Positions 46,673-60,677 of a DNA stretch of 64,000 nucleotides are shown one piece after another. Origin of the DNA: an uncultured Planctomycetota bacterium (lineage in GTDB: Bacteria; Planctomycetota; PLA2; JAEUHO01). How positions within the stretch are numbered: position 1 is the stretch's first letter; every line of letters begins with the position of its first letter. The translations under genes were made by a program, and so were the position numbers. Where the stretch lies: NCBI GenBank assembly GCA_963752285.1, contig CAVVXN010000003.1, positions 32,001 through 96,000 on the forward strand, given 5' to 3'. The notes beneath the pieces are model-generated. The model saw nothing but the letters and a program-made list of their open reading frames with translations, was not told the DNA's origin and ran no database searches.

Positions 46673-48531
46673 TTGATCTCGTGGAGGACGGCCTTCGCCC
46701 ACGCCGCCTCGAGCTCGTCGAAGTCCACGCCCTCGAACGCGGCCTTGACGGCACGATCGAGCGCGTCGGCGCCGGTCCGCCCGTACACCGGGGGCGGGAT
46801 CCAGCCTTCGGGCTCGCCGCCGTCGGGGCCGCCCGAGTCGCCGCCGTCGTCGTCGCCGCCGGGCTTCTTCGGGGACCCGCCCTCGTCGCCCGGCTTCTCT
46901 CCCGAGGACCCGCCCTCGTCGCCGCCGCCCGGCTTCGCGCCCGGCGCGTCGCCGCCGCCGTCCCAGGGCTCCTCCCCCGGGCCCTTCGGCTTCTCGCCGC
47001 CCGGCGGGGTGGGGGCCGCGGGCCCGGCGTCGGACGGCGTCGTCTCACGCCGGGTCGCCGCCACGCTGGCCTTCAGCGTGTCGAAGTACGTGTCGAGGAT
47101 CTTGCCCCACTTCTCCCGGTACTCGCGGTTCTTCGGCACGATCTCGCGGAGGAAGTAGATGAGGCTCCAGCCCTCGGCGTACGAGACGTCGGGGTAGGCG
47201 TAGTACTGGCCCTGCGTGAACCGGACGAAGTCCCTGAGCGGCGTGTAGCCCCCGTCGTTGGCCCACTGCTCGTGCGACTTCCCGTCGTCGCCCTGCACCG
47301 TGGCCTTCGCGCGCGGACCGTGCTGGACCGCGGCGCGGATGATGCCCATGCGCCAGCGGAAGGGCTCGAGCTTGAACTTCTTCCCCTTCAGCTGGGCGCC
47401 CGCGTAGTAGTCGCCGTGCCCCTCGTTGAACCACGAGTGCGGCGCGACGTCGCCGACGCTGTAGTAGATGTACTGGTGGAACGCCTCGTGGTAGAGGACC
47501 GCGACCGTGTCGTCGTCGATCGCCTTCGACGGGCTCGCGTCGTAGAAGACGAGCTCCTCCGCCTGGCTGTTCCAGTACCCGGCGGATCCGCCCGGACCGC
47601 CGTACGCGAAGTACTCCTTCCGGTCGCCGCACACGCGGACGATCGAGACCGCGGTGATCGGGTGGGCCGGCGGGAACTGCTTCTCGTAGATCTGCTCCCG
47701 GATCAGCTCGATGCGGCGGGCGATCTCCTCGGCGAGCTGGTTGTTCCGCTCGTGCTTCGTGTTGTAGATCACCACGTACTGCTTCTTCGGGCTGACGATG
47801 ACCTTCCACCCCTGGATCAGGCTTCGCTCGATCTCGCGGCGGCGCTCCGGGGTGATGGCCACGCCGTCCAGCACGTCGAGCGTCTCGACGTCCTTCGCCT
47901 TCTCGTCGTGGAACTCGAACGAGCGGCCGAGGACCACGAGCCCGCGCTCGAACGACTTCCTCCGCGTGGCCGGGCACCGGAAGAAGATGCCGTACTCGAG
48001 GTCGTCCTTCACGAAGTCGATCAGGGAGACGTAGATCTTGTAGTCGCCGTAGTCGCCGCCGTAATCGACCTCGAGCGACCACATCTTCCCCTTCACGTCG
48101 TCCTTCGACTCGATCTCGTCGAACTTCGAGCGGTCGGGTTTGAACCCGTCGGGCAGCCTCATCTGGCCGATCGTCGCGTCCCACGCGCACTTCGGCGCTT
48201 CCAACGCCGCGAGGCGCGCCTTGATCTCGGGAGGCAGCCCCTCGGGCAGGCCCGGCGTGACGACCGGCCCGTCCCCGCCCTCCTTGAGGTTCAAGCGCAC
48301 CACGGTGAGCGTCGGGGCCAGGTCGCCGCGGTCCGTTCCCTCGACGAACTTCGCGACGTCGATCTTCTCCCCGTTCTCGATCGGGACCTGGCTCCACTTG
48401 TCGAACATCTTGAACGAGAACTTGTAGACCCGGTCCCGGTAGCGCTGTCGGGGCACGTCCGAGGCCGCGGCGGGGAGCACGGACGCGAGGAGCCAGAGCA
48501 GCGGGAGGAGCAGGGACAGGCGGCGACGCAT
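46669..48531 (-). CDS. Secreted HExxH zinc-metallopeptidase-like protein (DUF1570-like)
   Basis: Signal peptide; VLYHEAFHQY, WFNEGHGDYY, YAEGWSLIYFL; acidic G/P/D/E-rich insert. Confidence 0.8.
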   Translation of the reverse strand: MRRRLSLLLPLLWLLASVLPAAASDVPRQRYRDRVYKFSFKMFDKWSQVPIENGEKIDVAKFVEGTDRGDLAPTLTVVRLNLKEGGDGPVVTPGLPEGLPPEIKARLAALEAPKCAWDATIGQMRLPDGFKPDRSKFDEIESKDDVKGKMWSLEVDYGGDYGDYKIYVSLIDFVKDDLEYGIFFRCPATRRKSFERGLVVLGRSFEFHDEKAKDVETLDVLDGVAITPERRREIERSLIQGWKVIVSPKKQYVVIYNTKHERNNQLAEEIARRIELIREQIYEKQFPPAHPITAVSIVRVCGDRKEYFAYGGPGGSAGYWNSQAEELVFYDASPSKAIDDDTVAVLYHEAFHQYIYYSVGDVAPHSWFNEGHGDYYAGAQLKGKKFKLEPFRWRMGIIRAAVQHGPRAKATVQGDDGKSHEQWANDGGYTPLRDFVRFTQGQYYAYPDVSYAEGWSLIYFLREIVPKNREYREKWGKILDTYFDTLKASVAATRRETTPSDAGPAAPTPPGGEKPKGPGEEPWDGGGDAPGAKPGGGDEGGSSGEKPGDEGGSPKKPGGDDDGGDSGGPDGGEPEGWIPPPVYGRTGADALDRAVKAAFEGVDFDELEAAWAKAVLHEIK

Positions 48532-48650
48532 GGGTCTCCCTCGACGGTTGGGAGCAGGCTTCGGGCGCGGGGCCCGCCTCGTCTCCCTTTCGACGCGAAC
48601 GTACCCGGCGCCGTTCCGATCTTCGTCCCCGCCCGGGGTTTCGCCAGTTC

Positions 48651-52357
<3,707 letters not shown>

Positions 52358-52583
52358 CCTCGGAGAGGCCGTTTCCTCCGCCCGGGGGGGGATCGGAAGC
52401 CCGGGTTCCGCGACCTTCGTTCAGGAACCATTCAGACGTGTCCCCCCCCGGTGGTCGCCGCGAGGGGGACACGCAAGAATCCCGCCGGAGGGTCAATGTC
52501 GATCGGTGCCGGGCCGATGCAGGAGATCGTCCCGGCGGAGTAGACGAGCCCGACGGAGGGATCCCGAGGGCAGGGCAGGTCGT

Positions 52584-53864
52584 ATGGCTCACATCTTGAT
52601 CGTCGATGACGAACCGGACATCCGCGGGATCCTCGCGCGGATGCTCGAGCGGCTCGGTCACGAGATCGACGTGGCCGTGAACGGCGAGGACGCGCTCTGG
52701 CGGATCGAGCAACGCGAGTACGACCTGATCGTGACGGACATCCGGATGCCCCGGATGGACGGCATGGGGCTGCTCCGGTCGATCCAGCCCCGCGTCGCCT
52801 CGCGCACGCCGTGCATGATCGTCACCGCCTTCGAGGACCCCCAGTACGCGATCGAAGCCACGCGGCTCGGCGTCTGCAACTTCCTGGTGAAGCCCTTCGA
52901 CCTGGAGCAGATCAGCCAGGCCGTCGCCCGCGCGCTCGAGATCCGCGAGGCTTGGACGTACCGGCGCCGGTACGAGGCGCAGCTCGAGTCCGAGCTTCGG
53001 GAGATCCTGAACCGGTTCCTCGCGCAGTTCGTGGACCGGCTCGAGAGCGCCACGGAGGCGCGCGACCACTGCCATCGCGTCTCGGAGTGGGCGGTGCTCG
53101 TGGCCCGGCAGATGGACTCGTTCGACGAGCGCGGGCTCCCGGACCTCGAGATGGGCGCGCTCCTCCACGACATCGGGAAGATCAAGATCCCCGCGGCGAT
53201 CCTCCTGAAGCAGGGCCCCCTCTCCCCCGACGAGTGGGTCGTGATGAGGCGGCATCCGGAGTACGGCGCCGAGATGGTGCAGAACATCCCGCGGATCGCG
53301 AATGCGGCCGTGGTGATCCAGAACCACCACGAGCGGTTCGACGGCACCGGATACCCGAACCGGCTCCAGGGGGCCGACATCCCGCTCCCCGCGCGCATCT
53401 TCTCGGTCGTGGACGCCTTCGACTGCATGCTCGAGAAGCGCTGCTACAAGGAACCGCGCCTCCCCGCGGACGCGCTCGAGGAGCTGCGCCGTTGCTCGGG
53501 CCTCCAGTTCGACCCCGACGTCGTCGCGGCCTTCGAGTCGGTGTATCCCGAGATCGAGGAGCGGCTTCGGAGCAACGGCGGCCAGGTCCCCACGAACGGC
53601 GACGTGTGGCGGAACCTCAAGGTCTTCGCGGACCAGGTGACCGAGCGCATCTCGGCGGAGGTCGCGCTCGAGACGCGGCGCGCCGTCGCCGGCGACGGGC
53701 ACCGGTCCCCGGCGTCCGCCTGCCGCCGCGAGCCGGCGACGACGAAGGCCGCCGAGGCGGTCGTCGCGTTGGTCCCGCGCACCTCGCGTCCTGCCGGGCG
53801 CCCGCACCTGGCCTTCGAGCTGCGGCGGCCCGTCGAGCCCCGCCCCGCCTCCACGGAGCGCTGA
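52584..53864 (+). CDS. Response regulator with HD-GYP phosphodiesterase domain (RpfG-like)
   Basis: ILIVDDE, TDIRMP, KPF; LLHDIGK, HHERFDGTGYP, GLQFDP. Confidence 0.92.
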   Translation: MAHILIVDDEPDIRGILARMLERLGHEIDVAVNGEDALWRIEQREYDLIVTDIRMPRMDGMGLLRSIQPRVASRTPCMIVTAFEDPQYAIEATRLGVCNFLVKPFDLEQISQAVARALEIREAWTYRRRYEAQLESELREILNRFLAQFVDRLESATEARDHCHRVSEWAVLVARQMDSFDERGLPDLEMGALLHDIGKIKIPAAILLKQGPLSPDEWVVMRRHPEYGAEMVQNIPRIANAAVVIQNHHERFDGTGYPNRLQGADIPLPARIFSVVDAFDCMLEKRCYKEPRLPADALEELRRCSGLQFDPDVVAAFESVYPEIEERLRSNGGQVPTNGDVWRNLKVFADQVTERISAEVALETRRAVAGDGHRSPASACRREPATTKAAEAVVALVPRTSRPAGRPHLAFELRRPVEPRPASTER

Positions 53865-53923
53865 CCGGGACGCCCGGCGCGCCGCGCGCGGTCCGGCCGC
53901 CACGGCGACGCCCTCCGGCACCG

Positions 53924-54682
53924 CTACCGCGCCATCTCCTCGATGCGCCGGGCCTGGGGCCCGGGGTCCACGGCGAGACGGAGGTGGAGCCGGAGCGGTC
54001 CGTCCCCCTCGGCGGGCCCGATCGCCGCGAGCCGGACGGGGCCCTCCCAGAGGCGGCGCCGACCCTTCATCACGACCGCCTGGAGGGTCTTCCCCGCGAG
54101 GTCCTGCGCCAGGCGCCGCGGGGCGTGGGTCGGTCCCGGCTCGCTCAGGACGAGGGACCGGCCCTTCAGCGCGATCACGTGGGCGGCGAGACGAGGGCCG
54201 ATCAGGTCCTTCGACCCGTCGTACACGAGCGCGAAGAGCCGTCGGGCGGACGGGCGGTCTCCCGACGCCCCGGCGAGGTCGGCCTCGCGGCTCACCCCCA
54301 CGCCGAGCAGGACGGCCTCCACGTCGGAGAGCGGGACCCGGAAGCGGCACCCCATTCCGAGCAGGCCGTTCTCGTGCGGTACGATCCGGACGATGTCGGC
54401 CGCGACGTGCACGTCCTCGGGCGAGAAGTGGAGGACGAGCCCGTCGGGGAACGCCCGCTCGACGAGGGCCAGGCTCGCCTCGCCCTCGCGACCGGAGAGG
54501 TAGAAGGCCTCGTCCAGGACCTCGACGTGCGCGCCGCCGGCCGAGAGGTCGTGGAGCTGCGCCACGACGCGGCCCGTCGCGCCGCAAAGCTCCACGGGTC
54601 GCGGGCACGGCACACGGTCGTGCCGCCGCTTCCCCGAGAAGTGGGCGGCGAGGGGATCCTGCTCGGGCAGAGGCGCGGCCAT
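53924..54682 (-). CDS. PilZ domain protein
   Basis: KRRHDR (RxxxR) and DLSAGG (DxSxxG). Confidence 0.78.
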   Translation of the reverse strand: MAAPLPEQDPLAAHFSGKRRHDRVPCPRPVELCGATGRVVAQLHDLSAGGAHVEVLDEAFYLSGREGEASLALVERAFPDGLVLHFSPEDVHVAADIVRIVPHENGLLGMGCRFRVPLSDVEAVLLGVGVSREADLAGASGDRPSARRLFALVYDGSKDLIGPRLAAHVIALKGRSLVLSEPGPTHAPRRLAQDLAGKTLQAVVMKGRRRLWEGPVRLAAIGPAEGDGPLRLHLRLAVDPGPQARRIEEMAR

Positions 54683-55130
54683 CTCGTCTCTTTATCGACC
54701 ATGAATCCCGGCGGATGGACACCCTACGGTCCGCGCTCCGTGGGGGCGACGGGCGTTCCGGTTCGGGCTTTCGTAGCGACCGCGACCCCGGATCGGGTGG
54801 GACGCGGTCGCGCCCGGCCGCCGCGCGGAGCCCGCGAGGCCGATCCGGCCGCGCTTCCCGATCGCGAAACGGATCCGTTCCCGGAAGGACTCGGGTTACG
54901 GGCCGAGCCCGAAGCGCGTCGCCCGGGCCGCGCGACCGAGGACGCCGCGAGAACCCGCCGCACGCGATCGGCGAGGAGCGCGAGAGGGTGCTCGACGAAC
55001 ATCGAGGGGAACGCGAGCACGACGGCGGCTTCCGGGGCGGCCGTGCCGCCGGGATCGCCCGCCCAACGTGCGTGCGCACGTCGCGCACGGGGACGCGCGC
55101 CACGGCCATCCCTCCGCCGGGGCGGAGCGA

Positions 55131-57776
55131 TCACTCCCCGAGGAGCGGCGAGAAGCGGTAGTACGTCTCGAGCGTCAGCACGGACATCGAGGTGCTGAAG
55201 AGGCGTCCACCGTTCAAGACCGCGGTGTCGGGGTCCCACGAGCCGGCGAGGTCGGGCGGCGAGACACGCTGGTGTTCCGGGTACATGCGCTTGATCTTGT
55301 CGTTCCACGCGCGCCAGTACCGACCGCCCATCTGGTACATCGCGAGCGTGCCGTAGTACCAGAAGTAGTGGTACCAGGCGAGCGTCTGGCCGCGTTCCAG
55401 CCCCTTCATCCACGTGGGCAGGTAGTCCATCAGGTAGTTCGCGGAGCCGATCATGTACGGATGGCTGCGGTGCCATCCCATGAAGAAGCGACACGCCATG
55501 CCCGCGGCCGTCATCGAGGTCTGCTGCAGCGCCGACTTCTCCTGGCCGCTCAGCTCGAAGTAGCCCGTGAACGCCTTGAAATACCGGCGGGCACCCACCT
55601 CGTAGTCGTAGTCGCTGGACATGTCGTCGGGAGTCTCGTACTCGCCCGTGATGTCGTACGCGCAGCGTTCCAGCCACGAGTCGATCCCGTCGATGGCGCG
55701 TTGCGGCACGTAGAGCCCCGCGAGCATGCCCGACTTCATCGTCATCAACACCCACGAGGTACACGAGGTGTCGCACTCCGAGTAGCGCGGCCCGTACCGC
55801 CAGCCCCCACCCGGCGTCTGAACGCGCGCGAGGTAGTCGATGCCCCATTGCGCGGGGGCCTTCATCTCCTCGAACCCGCCGATGGAGTAGGTCTCCGTCA
55901 CGCCCCACACGCCCATGGAGATCACGTAGGCGAAGATCCAGGACTTGTCGCCGCCGCCCGTGACGGGGTACCCGCCGTCGTAGTACTGCGTCGCCGCGAG
56001 GAACTCCGCCGCGCGCCGGATCGTCTCGCTGTACTTGCCGGACTGGGCGTGATAGCCGGCGCCGAGGAAGGCCAGGAGCGCGAGACCCGTGTAGGCGGGC
56101 TCGCAGCCCACGACGCCGCCGAACCCCTTCTCGTTCCCGTCCCAGTCTCCGATCGGGTGCTGCTGGAGCTCCAGCCAGCGGAGGCCGCTCTCGACCGATC
56201 GCTCGGTCTCGTGCGCGAGGCCATAGAGGCCCTTCTCGATCGCCTGTCGCCGGTTCGCCGAGCGGTCCACCCGCTCGAGCATCGTGTGGAGGGGGTCCTT
56301 CTCGGCGGCGAACCACTTGCGCCAGAGATCGGGCTTTGGCCCGAACCGGTGTCCCGTCAGGCGCTCGAGGGCGAACTGGACCTCGCGCATGACCACGTCG
56401 TTGTCGGAGTGGCTCTCGATCAGGCCCAGCAGCGTCTCGAACGCGGCGGGGACCCGTATGTAGCCGAGCGCCCGCACCGCGTTCATCTCGTAGTCGCGCG
56501 GCTTCTTCCCCGCGTTGCTCGCGGCCGCGCCGAGCTCCTTCACCGCCTGCGTGGGGTCCGCCCCCTCGAGGGCGCGGGCGGCGAACATCCGCACGGTGCG
56601 CGACTTGTCGAACACCGCCGCCTTCGAGAGGGCCTTGGACGCCTCCGAGACGCCGAACATCCCGGAGAGCTCCATCCCCGTCAGCTCCGCGTCCTCCGCG
56701 CTGGACTCCACGATCTTCGGGAGCCGCGTGCGCAGGATCTCCTGGGCGGGCCTGCCGATGCGGATGAGGGCCTGCCGGGCGGCGTCCCTCGCCTCCCAGG
56801 AGCTCTCGCCCTCGACCATCGAGACGAGCCGCTCGATCACCTCCGGCGGCACGGAGGAGGCCTTCGCGCCGGCGTCCGGCGTCGTGGAGGCGGCGAAGCC
56901 GCCGCGCCAGGCCAGGTGCGAGATGGCCAGGGCCGCCGCGTCCCGGAAGTCCTGCTGGCTGTGCTTCGTCAGGGCGAGCAGGTCGGGGAGGTCGGCGAGG
57001 GACGCGAGGTCCGTCACGGCCTTCAGGTTGGCCTGCGCCGTCTCCCGCTTGGGGGAGCCTGCCGTGAGGACGTGGAGGAACGGGCCGATCCCGTCCGCAT
57101 AGCCGAGGCGTCGGAGCGCCCACACGGCGAAGAGGCCGGGGTACGCACCCTTCTCCTTCCGCACCAGGCCGGCGAGCGACTCGAAGAAGCTCGCGTCGCC
57201 GACGTGGGCCGCGGCGGCGCACGCCGCCACCTTCACCTCGTCCACGCGGCCCTTGACGCCCTTCAGCACCGCATCCTTGACGTGCTTGAACGGCGCGTCC
57301 TTCGTGGGCCGGATGCGACCGCACATCATGAGCGCCTCGGTCTGGAGCTCGGGTGTGCGCCGACCGGAGGCGAGCGTCGCGAGCTCCTCGTCCACGATCG
57401 GGTCGCCCCACGCGCCGAGCACGCGGGCGAGGCGCATGAGGGCGGCGTCGTCCTTCGCCTTCGAGGCCTTGTCGAGCCAGTGCTCGGCCGCCCGCCTCTG
57501 CTCCTTGTCGTCGCCGGGCCACGCCATCGTGTGGAGCGCCTCGCCGCAGGCGATGGAGAGGTGCGGATACGTGGTCTCGTATCCGGCGTCGAGGAGCGGG
57601 ATCGCGGCGGACGGGTCCTTCGCCTCGGCGGCCTGCTGGATCGACTGGAAGACCTCGTCGGGATCCGTCGCGGAGAACCGCTTCTTCCAGCCTTCCTCGG
57701 TGGCGCCCGCGCGGGGGAGGGCGGCCAGGAGGAAGAGCAACAGGAGGAGCGGACACGACGTGAGAATCCGGCGCAC
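55131..57776 (-). CDS. Exported protein with HEAT repeats and C-terminal prenyltransferase/squalene-oxidase repeat barrel
   Basis: Signal peptide, HEAT repeats, GLRWLELQQHPIGDW, TGLALLAFLGAG, GGWRY, YYGTLAMYQMGG, GSWDP, LETYYR; GGAGG RBS. Confidence 0.88.
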   Translation of the reverse strand: MRRILTSCPLLLLLFLLAALPRAGATEEGWKKRFSATDPDEVFQSIQQAAEAKDPSAAIPLLDAGYETTYPHLSIACGEALHTMAWPGDDKEQRRAAEHWLDKASKAKDDAALMRLARVLGAWGDPIVDEELATLASGRRTPELQTEALMMCGRIRPTKDAPFKHVKDAVLKGVKGRVDEVKVAACAAAAHVGDASFFESLAGLVRKEKGAYPGLFAVWALRRLGYADGIGPFLHVLTAGSPKRETAQANLKAVTDLASLADLPDLLALTKHSQQDFRDAAALAISHLAWRGGFAASTTPDAGAKASSVPPEVIERLVSMVEGESSWEARDAARQALIRIGRPAQEILRTRLPKIVESSAEDAELTGMELSGMFGVSEASKALSKAAVFDKSRTVRMFAARALEGADPTQAVKELGAAASNAGKKPRDYEMNAVRALGYIRVPAAFETLLGLIESHSDNDVVMREVQFALERLTGHRFGPKPDLWRKWFAAEKDPLHTMLERVDRSANRRQAIEKGLYGLAHETERSVESGLRWLELQQHPIGDWDGNEKGFGGVVGCEPAYTGLALLAFLGAGYHAQSGKYSETIRRAAEFLAATQYYDGGYPVTGGGDKSWIFAYVISMGVWGVTETYSIGGFEEMKAPAQWGIDYLARVQTPGGGWRYGPRYSECDTSCTSWVLMTMKSGMLAGLYVPQRAIDGIDSWLERCAYDITGEYETPDDMSSDYDYEVGARRYFKAFTGYFELSGQEKSALQQTSMTAAGMACRFFMGWHRSHPYMIGSANYLMDYLPTWMKGLERGQTLAWYHYFWYYGTLAMYQMGGRYWRAWNDKIKRMYPEHQRVSPPDLAGSWDPDTAVLNGGRLFSTSMSVLTLETYYRFSPLLGE

Positions 57777-57919
57777 GAGGTCCTCCGCGAAGGACGCCCA
57801 TTCTAGGGACGAACGTCGGGCGCCCGGCCGCCGCGGCGGGAAACCGCGGGAATTCGACGAACGCGGGCGCGAACCCGGGGGTTCGCGCCCGCGCGACGAG
57901 GGGACCGGGGGTGGCCGGT

Positions 57920-58963
57920 CTACTTGTCGGAACGCTCCTCCTCGACGAGGCGGGCGAGCCGCTTGTCGATCCGGCGAAGCAGGTCCTCGATCCGGGCGAA
58001 GTGGTCGGCGGGGGTCCCCTTCGGACCCCGGGCGGCGCGGCGACCGGGGCCGCGGCCGCGGCCCTCGCCCCGCCGGTCCGAGGGTGCACGGACGCGCATG
58101 TGGAGTCCGGGCGCGTCGTCGTCGCCCCGGGCCCGTCCCGGTCCGCGTTCGCCGTCGCCGAAGAGCGCTCGGAGCAGCCGTGTGCGCATCATCGCTCGCC
58201 GCGCCCCGGCCATCCGCTCCCTGCGGGGCATGGGGCCGGCCTCGTCGCGGTCTTCGTCGCCGCGCATGCCGCGGCCCATGCCGGGACCCATGCCGGGACC
58301 CATGCCGCGCCCCATGCCGGGACCCATGCCGTGGTCCATGTCACGACCCATGCCGCGCCCCATGTCGCGGTCCATGCCACCGGGACCGCGGTCGCCGTCC
58401 CGGGGCCCGCGCATGCGCATCGCGCCGCCCATCGGGCCGGGCATCGCGCGGTCCGTCCCGCCGCGCATGTCGCCCGCCATCGGGCCGCGCGGTCCACCGG
58501 CGCGCTGCTGGAGCGCCCGGACGAGGTTCTGTACGTGCTTCTCGAGCGCGGCGACGCGCTGCTCGAGACGGTGGTTCGCCTCGGCGAGGCGACGGACGTA
58601 GGGCGGCACGTCGGACCGCGCGTCCTTCGGAGCGTCCTTGCCGCGCTCGGCGTGGGCGCGGGGCGGCCGCGCCGGGGCAGGACGATCCGCGCCGTCCCGC
58701 GCGGGGGCGAGGTCTACGAGTCGCGCGACCAGGCGACGCCGGAGCTCCTGTGCGCGCGCCGTGACGTTCGCGGGCCGGATCTCGCCGACGCCGGTCGCGT
58801 GCGGCGCCGCATCCGCGTCGAGCAGGCGCTCGAGCTCTTTCGTGAGTCGCTGGATCTCGGCGCGTGCGCGGGCGACCGAGGCGTCGGGCGCGTCGTCGTC
58901 GGCGCGCGCGAGGGGCGCGAGCACGACGAGGGCGAAGGTGAGGGAAGCGACGATTTTCAACAT
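57920..58963 (-). CDS. Exported coiled-coil protein with Met/Gly/Pro/Arg low-complexity region
   Basis: Signal MLKIVASLTFALVVLAPLARA; LEQRVAALEKHVQNL; GMGP/GMGR repeats. Confidence 0.75.
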   Translation of the reverse strand: MLKIVASLTFALVVLAPLARADDDAPDASVARARAEIQRLTKELERLLDADAAPHATGVGEIRPANVTARAQELRRRLVARLVDLAPARDGADRPAPARPPRAHAERGKDAPKDARSDVPPYVRRLAEANHRLEQRVAALEKHVQNLVRALQQRAGGPRGPMAGDMRGGTDRAMPGPMGGAMRMRGPRDGDRGPGGMDRDMGRGMGRDMDHGMGPGMGRGMGPGMGPGMGRGMRGDEDRDEAGPMPRRERMAGARRAMMRTRLLRALFGDGERGPGRARGDDDAPGLHMRVRAPSDRRGEGRGRGPGRRAARGPKGTPADHFARIEDLLRRIDKRLARLVEEERSDK

Positions 58964-59078
58964 GATGGTTCCCGTGGGACTGAGGGGTGTCCGGACCGGG
59001 CGCCCGCTCGGGACGCCCGGCGCCATCCCTTGAAACCCGCCCCGGGGGGAAGGGTGACGGGGCCTCCGGCGGTAGCCT

Positions 59079-59465
59079 GTGCCCGTGGGACCCGTGCCGC
59101 TCAGAAACCTCGTCCTCCCCGGCGCCGGGTTCTCCCTCCTCCTGCTGGCGGCGGCCGGGGTGCTCTTCTCCTCGGGTCGCGACCCGCGCGCCGCCCTCTA
59201 CCGGGAGGCGACCCGCACCCTCTCGCTCGCCGAGGGGGGCGACGGCTCGGCGGCGCCCGACCTGGCGCACTGGGCCCTCGATCGCCGGGGCTGGCTCGGG
59301 CAGATCGCCGGGCTCGAGGTCTTGCCCGACGGCTCCGAGGGGCGGGTGGAGGTCGTCTGGTCCGATCCGGAGGGGCGCGCGCGCGCGCTCGAGGTCCTCG
59401 GGTTCGGCCGGGCGCCCGACGGGGGGTGGCGGTTCACCGGGAGCCGTCCCGAGGCCCTCCGGTAG
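59079..59465 (+). CDS. Hypothetical membrane-anchored protein
   Basis: N-terminal hydrophobic helix; fills the gap in operon-like orientation. Confidence 0.5.
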   Translation: MPVGPVPLRNLVLPGAGFSLLLLAAAGVLFSSGRDPRAALYREATRTLSLAEGGDGSAAPDLAHWALDRRGWLGQIAGLEVLPDGSEGRVEVVWSDPEGRARALEVLGFGRAPDGGWRFTGSRPEALR

Positions 59466-59553
59466 GCGGCGGCGCGGCGGGACGCCCGGGAGGGCGTGCC
59501 CGGCCCCGTCCGGCGGCGTTTGGATAGGGGCCCCCACCTCCCCGGAGCGACCC

Positions 59554-60495
59554 ATGCCCCGTGCCCGCCTCCTCCTTCCCGCCGTCCTCCTCCTCGTCCT
59601 CGCCTCGGCGCCGCGCGCGCGGGCCGACGTCCTCGAGCTCCGGGACGGCCGCCTGGTCGAGGGCGTCGTCTCGCGGACCGGCGACACGTACGTCGTGTAC
59701 AGCCGGTTCGGCGCGACCGAGGTCCCCGTCGCCGACGTGGTCTCCCGGAGCGAGTCGAAGCCCGTGGACCTGCAGGTCGCCGAGCACCTCGCCAAGCTCG
59801 ACCCCGACGACATGGCGAGCCGGGCCCGGCTCGCGAAGTGGCTGCTCGACATCGGGCGGGAGGAGGAGGCCCGGGAGATGGCGGGTGAGGTGCTCGAGAC
59901 CGACCCCGAGTGCGCCCTGGCCCACGAGGTCCTCGGTCACGTGCGCCATGGCGGCGTCTGGATGACCCCGGACGAGGCGAAGCGAGCCGACGGCCTGGAG
60001 CGCCACGGCGACGCCTGGTACACGCCCGAGGAGTGGGCCCGCACGACGGGCGCCGCGCGCGAGAAGGCGCTCGAGGCCGAACGCGACGCCGCCAAGCGCC
60101 AGATCGCGGAGGACGTGAACCGGGCGGTCCGACTGATGCTGAGCCCCGACCCCAAGGTCCGGGCCCGCGGCCGCGAGCACCTGGTCGCGCTCGCGAAGGA
60201 GTACGAGAACCCCTCGCTCGCGAAGCTCGCCCACGACGTGGACGCGTACGTCGAGAAGCTCGACGAGATGCGCAAGGCCGAGGCGGCGGCGCTCGCCGGC
60301 GGGGGGGGCGGGGACCGCGGCGTCGTCCTGGGAGAGATCCGGGCGACCTTCGCGAAGCTCAAGCGGCCGATCAAGGTGTTCGAGACCTCGCTCGCCAGCA
60401 ACATCGGCGGCGCGCCCGTCCGGATCCAGCTCCCGGAGCTCGAGGTGATCCGGGTCCGGACCGTGGCGGCGATCCCCGCCGTGATCGACGACTGA
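59554..60495 (+). CDS. Exported hypothetical protein
   Basis: Signal ending ARA-D; DVLELRDGRLVEG, LAKWLLDIG, LGHVRHGGVW, HEAT-like segment. Confidence 0.78.
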   Translation: MPRARLLLPAVLLLVLASAPRARADVLELRDGRLVEGVVSRTGDTYVVYSRFGATEVPVADVVSRSESKPVDLQVAEHLAKLDPDDMASRARLAKWLLDIGREEEAREMAGEVLETDPECALAHEVLGHVRHGGVWMTPDEAKRADGLERHGDAWYTPEEWARTTGAAREKALEAERDAAKRQIAEDVNRAVRLMLSPDPKVRARGREHLVALAKEYENPSLAKLAHDVDAYVEKLDEMRKAEAAALAGGGGGDRGVVLGEIRATFAKLKRPIKVFETSLASNIGGAPVRIQLPELEVIRVRTVAAIPAVIDD

Positions 60496-60646
60496 CAAGC
60501 AGGCAGCCCCCGCCTCCCGGCTCCACGTCGCGGCTGACAAGGTGACAGGCGCCCCGCGGGCGAGGCCGACCCGGAGGGGCCCGGGCGTCGGCCGAAGCCC
60601 TTGGCGTCCAAGGGGTTCGGGGCCGCGTCCGTCGCGAGGCGCCCAC

Positions 60647-60662
60647 TGGCACCGGGCTTGCC
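60647..60662 (+). promoter_or_regulatory. Putative sigma54 -24/-12 promoter
   Basis: TGGCACCGGGCTTGCC, near-perfect TGGCAC-N5-TTGC. Confidence 0.7.
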
Positions 60663-60677
60663 TAGGTGACGTCGACC

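Noticed and set aside
54683..55130. Riboswitch or small ORF in the 448-nt gap upstream of the PilZ gene
   Set aside because: No recognisable c-di-GMP riboswitch core or convincing ORF; a GTCGATAA motif lacks a matching -35.
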